Assembly (NCBI GenBank): GCA_903831805.1
Contig: CAIKZD010000009.1
Coordinates: forward strand, 145,192 to 209,191
Length of the DNA stretch: 64,000 nucleotides
Direction: 5' to 3'
Source: an uncultured bacterium
Lineage (GTDB): Bacteria; Patescibacteriota; Minisyncoccia; Moranbacterales; UBA2206
The position numbers and the translations under genes were made by a program. Position 1 is the first letter of the stretch. Each line of letters begins with the position of its first letter. Below the pieces are notes generated by a model. It was not told the DNA's origin and ran no database searches. It worked only from the letters and a program-made list of their open reading frames with translations. Below are positions 57,051-64,000 of the stretch, piece after piece.

Positions 57051-58391
57051 ATGTTTGACTTCACCCAAGAAATTCCGCTTGAAGCAACTGACAAAAAATT
57101 ATACCGAAAACTTCAAGCTTCCCTTTACCTAGTCGCTTTTCTTTTGGCGCTTTATTTGAGTTACTTAATCATCTTTCCGCATAAATATTTTGTTTTTTCT
57201 TTCCTCAATCCCGCTTCCGGACAAAATAACATCGCCCCGCCGCTCCTAACGGACGCTAGCAATGTTCAAAATGGAAAATTATCCGGCGGCACTGGTTTAT
57301 TTTTTGACACCGACATCAGCGGTGATTATTCAAAAGCACTCATCACGCTCAATTTGAACAATACCTCTGCCAAACCCGACGCGGCCACTGTCTCAATCCG
57401 CAGATCTTATCAAGCTTTTATGTATAAACTAGGCGATCCTGTCGGGTTTCGCAATGGCTCGCTGCTCAAAAGCGACGGAGCCTATTACATTATTTCCGAT
57501 TCCAATTTACGAAAATTTTCCACGCCGGACGTGCCCTTTTCCCTAGGTTATACCGCAGAAAATTTCCAGGCTGTCTCGCCAGTCGAATTGACCTACAACT
57601 CACGCGGGGCGGAAATTACGCTCAAGGATGGCTACCCCAATGGTGCGCTTTTTCACATCGCCGACAACTATTACATTTTGACTGACCAGAAGCTCCAAAA
57701 ATTCGTGAGCGACCAGGCCTATTTGTCGAAATACACACCGCTGCAAGCCCTTACTAAAGACTCCAGTTTTCTCAATAACTATTCCGTGGCGGACGATCTG
57801 GCGGGCTTTTCTGATGGTACGCTAATCGCCAATGGCGGTTCCGTTTTTGCAATCAGCGACGGAAAAATTCTACCTATCGACAATGTCCAAACTTTCGCCA
57901 GTAAGGGATATGATTGGAACGATGTTCTGAATGTCGGCGAAGACGAAATAGCCATCTACCAAAAAGATAAGTTATTTAATATAAAAACTCCGCACCCGGA
58001 CGGCACGATTTTTAAAACTGCCGAAGATGAGAAATATTACATCGTAGAAAACAATCAAAAACATCTACTGCCCAGTGCTAGCATTGCCGCTTCTTGGCTC
58101 AAAAAGACCCCCGTGGCGGTTTCAGAAAAAGCGCTCACCATTTATGCAGAGTGCACTCCCAAAAAGACTTTTTGGAACAGCGGAAACTATGCCTGTGAAA
58201 TTCCGCTTGATCAGTTCTCTGGTTTTGTCGGTTTCAATTATGAATTCAATCTCGTCTCCAACTCCAACATCCAGTTGAACACACTGAGTGTCGATTATAA
58301 AAAGAATATCAATAAAACAAATTTGAAAGCTTTCATCGTCGGTTTATATAATTCAATCATCGGAACTTATGCGCCAACTAGCACTAGCTAA
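57051..58391 (+). CDS. membrane-anchored extracytoplasmic protein (hypothetical)
   Basis: 446 aa, single N-terminal TM. Confidence 0.4.
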   Translation: MFDFTQEIPLEATDKKLYRKLQASLYLVAFLLALYLSYLIIFPHKYFVFSFLNPASGQNNIAPPLLTDASNVQNGKLSGGTGLFFDTDISGDYSKALITLNLNNTSAKPDAATVSIRRSYQAFMYKLGDPVGFRNGSLLKSDGAYYIISDSNLRKFSTPDVPFSLGYTAENFQAVSPVELTYNSRGAEITLKDGYPNGALFHIADNYYILTDQKLQKFVSDQAYLSKYTPLQALTKDSSFLNNYSVADDLAGFSDGTLIANGGSVFAISDGKILPIDNVQTFASKGYDWNDVLNVGEDEIAIYQKDKLFNIKTPHPDGTIFKTAEDEKYYIVENNQKHLLPSASIAASWLKKTPVAVSEKALTIYAECTPKKTFWNSGNYACEIPLDQFSGFVGFNYEFNLVSNSNIQLNTLSVDYKKNINKTNLKAFIVGLYNSIIGTYAPTSTS

Positions 58392-58755
58392 AAATAAATT
58401 GCTCATCCTGTATAAATTGCTGGGAGACTTGCTCTTTTTGCTCCTGGCTTTTTTCAGCCTTGCCCTTATCGCGGACGGCCTTCTCTCCGGCCTCGTGTCT
58501 TCACACATCAGTTTCTTAAAAATAATCTGCCTAATCACACTTAATCTGATCGCGCTTTATGCTGTCGGACGTGCGGCCGACGTCAAAATCACGGAAGACC
58601 GCGGAAACAGAAAAACCACCATCTTTCTGGTGCTGTTGGCGGCGCTCTTAATTGGAAACAGTCTTTTCCAACTCAACCATTATCTGGCCCTTTTCATCTT
58701 GGCCATCACTTTGCTTTGCAGCTTCTTTCTTTACCGACTTTTTTTCGAGAAGTAA
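58369..58755 (+). CDS. small membrane protein (hypothetical)
   Basis: 128 aa, 4 TM helices. Confidence 0.35.
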   Translation: MRQLALAKNKLLILYKLLGDLLFLLLAFFSLALIADGLLSGLVSSHISFLKIICLITLNLIALYAVGRAADVKITEDRGNRKTTIFLVLLAALLIGNSLFQLNHYLALFILAITLLCSFFLYRLFFEK

Positions 58756-58757
58756 CC

Positions 58758-59879
58758 CTACGCATTCTTCAGGCATTCCAAGGTTTCACGCGCGCACTTT
58801 TCCCAAGAAAATTTAGCGGCTTGTTGTTTGCCCTTGGCAATCAAACTATTTCGCAAATCCTGGTCTACTAATATATTTTTTAAATTTTTCGTCAATTGGG
58901 TCACGTCTTCTCCGGAAAAATATAGCGCGGCCTCCCCGGCCACTTCCGGCAAAGAGGAATTGTCAGTACACACCACCGGCACGCCGGCTGCAAATGCTTC
59001 CAGCACCGGAATACCAAAACCTTCATAGAGCGACGGGAAGCAAAAAATTTCCGCGCCGCGCATCAGATGCCCGATGCTCTCAAACTTTATCCGCCCCGGC
59101 GTCAGGATATCTTTTCGGTACGGACTTTTTTCTATTTGTTTAAAAACATCTTTCCATAGCCAAGCTTTTTCGCCAGCCAAGACCAATTTTAAATCAGCCG
59201 CTTTCTCATCCGCTTTTATCTTTTCAAAAGCCGAAATAAGCACAGCTAAATTCTTCCTCGGCTGAATGGCGCCCAAATACAAGATATACTTCCCGAATAT
59301 TTTTAAATCTTTTTTAAGCTTCTTTTCTTCTAGCAAGCTCCGTTCACAAGCAAACATTTCCTGATCAAAACCGTGATAGATAACTGCAATCTTATCCTCA
59401 GAAACATCGGGATAAAATTTTAAGATGTCTTTCTTGGAAGACTGTGAAATAGTAATGATCTTATCGCAGCGGCTAATGGCCATCCTCGCCAAAAAATTCA
59501 GCTTCCAGAGCTCCACCTTAGTAAACATTTCCGGAAAATATTTGAATGCCAGGTCATGGATGGTCACTACCGTTTTCAATTTTCCCGACCGTAAAAGCGG
59601 GATGTTGTGCATCGGCATCCATAAGACATCCGGTTTTTCGCGCCAGAGGGCGGAAGACAAACGGATCTGCGTCCAAAAAAGCGGCCAGGATTTTTTGATG
59701 GTTTTATAGTTGGGAAAATTCGGCGGCGCCAATTCCGGATTGAATTCATTTTTGTGATAAATCAAAAAATCATCCGCAGGATCCAAGGCCCCGAAATGTT
59801 TCAACAAATTTTTGATATAAACGCGCGTACCGTCAATTCTGGCGTGATCCAGATCGGCTGCTTGAATAGCAATCTTCAT
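58758..59879 (-). CDS. GT4 glycosyltransferase
   Basis: FCFPSLYEGFGIPVLEAFAAGVPVV. Confidence 0.8.
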   Translation of the reverse strand: MKIAIQAADLDHARIDGTRVYIKNLLKHFGALDPADDFLIYHKNEFNPELAPPNFPNYKTIKKSWPLFWTQIRLSSALWREKPDVLWMPMHNIPLLRSGKLKTVVTIHDLAFKYFPEMFTKVELWKLNFLARMAISRCDKIITISQSSKKDILKFYPDVSEDKIAVIYHGFDQEMFACERSLLEEKKLKKDLKIFGKYILYLGAIQPRKNLAVLISAFEKIKADEKAADLKLVLAGEKAWLWKDVFKQIEKSPYRKDILTPGRIKFESIGHLMRGAEIFCFPSLYEGFGIPVLEAFAAGVPVVCTDNSSLPEVAGEAALYFSGEDVTQLTKNLKNILVDQDLRNSLIAKGKQQAAKFSWEKCARETLECLKNA

Positions 59880-59882
59880 GTT

Positions 59883-60740
59883 CTATTTTTGAGATTTAAT
59901 AAAGTCGCCCAGAACATCTTTCAAATCTTCTCTATCTGAAGCATAAGCTAGAATAGTTTTCAAATAATTGGCTGGATCGCCAGTTGTTAGCCATTGACCG
60001 TCCTTAATTTCTTTAGCCAGGAAAACTCCTCCTCTTCTTATATATTCCTTTATCGCATCAGTCACCCAAAGTTCATTGCCTTTTCCGAGACTGGTGTTTC
60101 TTAGAATATCAATTATTTCCTGGTTTAATATATATCTTCCAAATCCAGCTAAGCGAGAAGGGGCTTCTTCAATGGATGGTTTCTCAATAATGTCTTCCAT
60201 CTGATTGGTCCCCTCTTTCAATTTAACTATGCCATATCTAACCACATCCTTTTGCTCCACTTCCTGCACGCCCATAATCAAATTACCTGTTTTTTCATAA
60301 TCTTCCACCATTTGTTTAGTGAAAGAAGTTTTTGATTTCACCAGATCATCTCCAAAGCAAAAAATGAAAGGTTCATCATCGACGAGACTGGCCGCTGACA
60401 AGATAGGTACGCCGTTCCCATAGGGACCTTTTTGCCTAACGTGCACAAAATTAGCCATCTCGGCTATGCCCTCAATCATCTCAGCCAGATTATCTTTGCC
60501 ATTTTTTCGCAGATCAGCTTCCAATGCCACGCTATGATCGAAATGATCTTCCAGCGGTTTTTTATCCCACCGAGTGACAAAAATTATGTCCTCTATCCCC
60601 GCTTCGACCAATTCTTCCACTACTAATTGAATGATGGGTTTGTCCACAATGGGCAACATTTCTTTGGGCATTGATTTGGTGGCTGGCAGAAGCCGTGTGC
60701 CTGAACCCGCCACCGCGATAATCGCTTTTTTGATCTTCAT
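59883..60740 (-). CDS. galU: UTP--glucose-1-phosphate uridylyltransferase
   Basis: 285 aa. AIIAVAGSGTRLLPATKSMPKEMLPIVDKP. Confidence 0.85.
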   Translation of the reverse strand: MKIKKAIIAVAGSGTRLLPATKSMPKEMLPIVDKPIIQLVVEELVEAGIEDIIFVTRWDKKPLEDHFDHSVALEADLRKNGKDNLAEMIEGIAEMANFVHVRQKGPYGNGVPILSAASLVDDEPFIFCFGDDLVKSKTSFTKQMVEDYEKTGNLIMGVQEVEQKDVVRYGIVKLKEGTNQMEDIIEKPSIEEAPSRLAGFGRYILNQEIIDILRNTSLGKGNELWVTDAIKEYIRRGGVFLAKEIKDGQWLTTGDPANYLKTILAYASDREDLKDVLGDFIKSQK

Positions 60741-60796
60741 ATTTTTATAATTACATCTTATGATTAACTTGACCTTTATCCAAATTATACTCCAAA

Positions 60797-61642
60797 TCAG
60801 GCAAAAAACAACTTCCTGAGCACTTTCACCACGGCAAATTCCAAGCCGGAACGGTGTTTTTGGAAATAGTAAAGCAAGGAATCATAATAGTGCCTGTTTT
60901 GATTGTGCTTGTTTTTTTCACCGTAACTGCCGCCACACTTGTGCAGTACCCTGAATTCCGGAAAATACACGATCCGCTTACCGGCCATTCTTATGCGGGC
61001 GCATAAATCCACGTCCTCAAAATACATGAAAATATTTTCGTCAAACCCGCCTAACTCGAGAAAAAGTTTCCGCGGCACAAATAGCGCCGTCCCGGACACC
61101 CAAGCAGCCTCTGTCTTTTTTTCCTTTTCCCAAATCAAGCGGCTGGAAAGGATGCCCAAATTATTTTTTATCAGATCCCATAAGGAAACTTCGCTGCCGG
61201 CACTCCAAGGTTGCGCCTGCTGTTTTTCCGTAATGAGGCCACTGCCCACCACACCCGTTTCAGGATTAAGTTTAAATTCGGCAATCACTTTAGTCAGTGA
61301 GTCACTCAAAATTTCCGTATCCGGATTGAGCAAAAGCAACAGTTCTCCCGTGGCCACACGCGCCCCGATATTATTCCCGTGGCCGAAGCCGCCATTTTGA
61401 GCATTGACGATTATTCTTATCTCCGGAAAAGTTTTTTTTATTCCTTCCAGCGTCTCTAGCGGATAATTATTAACTATGATAACTTCCGCGGAAACTCGCC
61501 CTTCTGCCGCACGATAAAAAGAATCAAGACAACGCGAAAGATAATGTTCACTCTTATAATTAACGATTATGACCGACAGTTTTTTATTGTTTTCTTTTTG
61601 CGAAATCATAGTAAGCTTTTTGGACAACGCGCGCATTATCAT
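60797..61642 (-). CDS. GT2 glycosyltransferase
   Basis: LSVIIVNYKSEHYL. The start is uncertain (ATG at 61609 or 61642), since it overlaps the upstream gene. Confidence 0.7.
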   Translation of the reverse strand: MIMRALSKKLTMISQKENNKKLSVIIVNYKSEHYLSRCLDSFYRAAEGRVSAEVIIVNNYPLETLEGIKKTFPEIRIIVNAQNGGFGHGNNIGARVATGELLLLLNPDTEILSDSLTKVIAEFKLNPETGVVGSGLITEKQQAQPWSAGSEVSLWDLIKNNLGILSSRLIWEKEKKTEAAWVSGTALFVPRKLFLELGGFDENIFMYFEDVDLCARIRMAGKRIVYFPEFRVLHKCGGSYGEKNKHNQNRHYYDSLLYYFQKHRSGLEFAVVKVLRKLFFA

Positions 61643-62456
61643 TGGGGCGCAAAGTCATATCCATCCTATTTTTTAATTTTCTTAATGCATAATAAAAACT
61701 GATCCAGATTTTCACGCCCACGGAAGAGTTTTTTTCAAAAAATCGCAACCCGGAAAAAACCAGATGATATAATTTGTCTCCGACCGCCGGCCCACTGGTT
61801 TCAAAATGATAAATGTGACTGGAAGGCTCGACAACTGTGAGAAACCCGGCGCGCCGGACACGACAACTGAAATCAGCATCTTCATAATACAAAAAGAAAT
61901 TATCATCCAAGGGCCCTATTTTTTCCACAACAGTTCTTTTAATCAACATGGAACAACCGGTGATAAAACCACTGGCGTAATATTTTCCGCTTCTCATTTC
62001 ATTCTCATTTATCGCTTTCATAGTCAGCCATTTGATCTTTCCGCCGGAAAACCAAACTTGCTTGGTTTTTTTCCAAAAAATGAGCGGCGAGATAATGCCA
62101 ATTTTGGGATTATTCTCGGCTGTCTCTATCAGTTTTTCCAAAAAATCACTCTCCACCTCCGTATCCTGATTAAGCAGTAAGATATAATCGGCTTGGCGCG
62201 CCATGGCACAAGTTATCCCAACGTTATTGCCGCCGGCAAAACCCAAATTTTGCCGGTTGGCTATGGCTATTGCGTCAGGGAAATTTTTTTGTACTTGCCG
62301 GAAAGAATCATCCGTTGAAGCGTTGTCCACCACCACGACCGAAAAATTAGGATAAGTGATGCCAAAAACACTTGCCAGACAATTTCTGAGCCGTTCTCCT
62401 CCGTTATAGTTCAGAATGATAATAAAAACTTTTGGTTGGATTTTCTCGCTAGCCAT
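61584..62456 (-). CDS. GT2 glycosyltransferase
   Basis: VFIIILNYNGGERL...VVVDNASTD. Confidence 0.75.
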   Translation of the reverse strand: MASEKIQPKVFIIILNYNGGERLRNCLASVFGITYPNFSVVVVDNASTDDSFRQVQKNFPDAIAIANRQNLGFAGGNNVGITCAMARQADYILLLNQDTEVESDFLEKLIETAENNPKIGIISPLIFWKKTKQVWFSGGKIKWLTMKAINENEMRSGKYYASGFITGCSMLIKRTVVEKIGPLDDNFFLYYEDADFSCRVRRAGFLTVVEPSSHIYHFETSGPAVGDKLYHLVFSGLRFFEKNSSVGVKIWISFYYALRKLKNRMDMTLRPNDNARVVQKAYYDFAKRKQ

Positions 62457-62460
62457 GATT

Positions 62461-63654
62461 TTAATCCGTTATGATATGCCTTAAATAGCTGTAATAATCT
62501 TCCGTATGACTATTTTTATTCGTGTAGTCATATAGCACCTTTTCCCTGGCTTTTTCTCCCATGGCCCGGCGCAAATCAGCGTCTTCAATGAGTCGGCCGA
62601 TTTTTTCCGCCCATTCAGCCATATCGCCAGCCAAAAATCCGTCCACGCCATCCGCGATTGCTTCGGAAAAAGTTTGATTTTTGACGGCCACGGTCGGAAT
62701 TTTCAGTAAGCCCGCCTCGGTGAATTTGATGGCTGATTTAGATTCACAAAACTGATCGCCCGTGATCAAAGGCGCCAAAGCGACATCTACCTGCCAAATA
62801 TTTTCGTAATACTTATCACGCGGCACAAATGGCAGCACGACAATTCGCTCTTTAAATCGGTTTAATTTATTTTCAGTGTCCAATGGACCGGCCAGAAAAA
62901 GTTTTACATTAACATATTTTTCCATCACTTGCATAAGGGCATCAGCAATAGAGGCGAAATCTTGATTGTGACTAGCGGTACCACTGAAATAGCCGAGGCG
63001 CACCGCCGCATCTTTTGCTTTGGGAATATTGTCCAAAATATTTTGCGTCACCTCCAAATCATGATTGGAAAATTTATTCGTCACAATAAAAACTTTCTTG
63101 CCATAACTTCCCAAAATTTTCGCGAGATATGTCGTCGTAGTGGTGCAGACTTTCACATACGGATCTTGCATCAGTTCTGCGCCCACCCCTTTTTGATATT
63201 GCAATTTTTCTGCCGCGTTCATTTTGTTCCGGTATAAATCCGTGGCCCGGATGAACTTGGCGTCAAAAACTAAATCATCCGTTTCAAAAATGATTTCCTT
63301 GTTCTGAGCCTTGATATTTTCAATTAATTTCGCCACTATTGGCGTCACCAAGGTCCGCTGAAAAATAAAAACTTTACATTTATTGGCATATCTCGACAAA
63401 AATGGATTGCCGGCCATCATCACAGAAGTTTTGATGCCGTGCAGATTCAATTCTTCAGCCTGATTGAAAGCTCGGTAATGCGCACTGTCGCCCACTCCGC
63501 CGGTAATGATCAGTACGTCCCCGGTGACGGGAGAAAAAATAGTTTTGAGATACAAAAACAAATAACGGGAAAAAATAGTTTTCATGCCCGCCCAAAAACC
63601 GTCCCGCCGCAAAACGCCGCTGATTTTCCCGAATTTAATGAGAATGTTTTTCAT
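62461..63654 (-). CDS. GT-B fold glycosyltransferase (GT1/GT4-like)
   Basis: The track ORF extends to 63732. ATG 63654 (MKNILIKF) avoids overlap with the upstream gene. C-terminal E-x7-E-like region. Confidence 0.5.
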   Translation of the reverse strand: MKNILIKFGKISGVLRRDGFWAGMKTIFSRYLFLYLKTIFSPVTGDVLIITGGVGDSAHYRAFNQAEELNLHGIKTSVMMAGNPFLSRYANKCKVFIFQRTLVTPIVAKLIENIKAQNKEIIFETDDLVFDAKFIRATDLYRNKMNAAEKLQYQKGVGAELMQDPYVKVCTTTTTYLAKILGSYGKKVFIVTNKFSNHDLEVTQNILDNIPKAKDAAVRLGYFSGTASHNQDFASIADALMQVMEKYVNVKLFLAGPLDTENKLNRFKERIVVLPFVPRDKYYENIWQVDVALAPLITGDQFCESKSAIKFTEAGLLKIPTVAVKNQTFSEAIADGVDGFLAGDMAEWAEKIGRLIEDADLRRAMGEKAREKVLYDYTNKNSHTEDYYSYLRHIITD

Positions 63655-64000
63655 AATATTTTTTTCTAGGATCGGGCGAAAAAAGATGTTTGAGATTATA
63701 TCGGAGAGAATCTTTGACGTGTTGTCTGACAAAGCGACTCTTGAAAAACATCCTGAATCCGCCCGCGCTTAATCTTTTGCCGTCCGCATACACGCGCACT
63801 TCCGGATAATACACTACCCGGTAGCCCATTTCCCAAGCTCGGAGACACATTTCCGTATCGGCCATAAAAAGAAAATATGACTCGTTGTAACCGCCGACTT
63901 TTTCCCAAAAATCGCGCCGCACGATCACACAAGATGACTGCAGCCAATCAACATCTTGAATTTTGGAATAATCCAAATGATTCATTTCGTCATATAAGAC
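63635..64000 (-). CDS. GT2 glycosyltransferase, C-terminal part; gene continues beyond window end
   Basis: GGYNESYFLFMADTEMCLRAWEMGY is typical of the GT2 C-terminal region. The frame is open to the window edge. Confidence 0.5.
   Translation of the reverse strand, partial: VLYDEMNHLDYSKIQDVDWLQSSCVIVRRDFWEKVGGYNESYFLFMADTEMCLRAWEMGYRVVYYPEVRVYADGKRLSAGGFRMFFKSRFVRQHVKDSLRYNLKHLFSPDPRKKYYEKHSH

Noticed and set aside
1-64000. UGA recoding (alternative genetic code) as seen in some reduced-genome lineages
   Set aside because: TGA is used as the stop codon of many well-delimited genes here, including the characteristic ATGA overlaps. The standard code applies.

Overview
This 64-kb window is AT-rich, gene-dense and dominated by cell-envelope glycan biosynthesis; it contains no rRNA, tRNA, CRISPR array, transposase or integrase that I can see. 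It has at least 20 glycosyltransferases of the GT2, GT4 and GT-C types. It also has two GtrB/ArnC/Dpm1-like polyprenyl-phosphate sugar synthases, nucleotide-sugar enzymes (a UDP-glucose dehydrogenase, GalU, GalE, a UDP-glucuronate 4-epimerase-like enzyme), a Wzx-type flippase, four SAM methyltransferases and an aminotransferase/acetyltransferase pair. A short pyrimidine operon (fused pyrK-pyrD followed by pyrC) is embedded among these. Other notable content includes two giant paralogous secreted proteins with a beta-helix and an LCAT-like alpha/beta-hydrolase core, plus several envelope proteins of unknown function (DUF4012, DUF2142-like).

A roughly 5.6-kb accessory island sits between the flippase and galE. 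Its cassette boundaries are marked by three copies of the galE 3' end. It carries an orphan GHKL-ATPase/STAS-like (DUF4325-like) gene pair, a Schlafen-like COG2865 ATPase with an in-frame 12-nt tandem repeat, an unknown 293-aa protein, a collapsed gene relic, and an AbiEi/AbiEii module. This island is the most likely place for an undescribed defence or partner-switching system.

Several promoters are near-consensus sigma70 type and sit 6-7 nt upstream of an ATG, implying leaderless mRNAs. One intergenic region carries four palindromic operator-like sites spaced about 40 nt apart. The central glycan block (about 26-47 kb) is visibly lower in GC than the flanks. All calls rest on reading the sequence and motifs by eye. 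No database search was run. Manually derived coordinates for small elements may be off by 1-2 nt.
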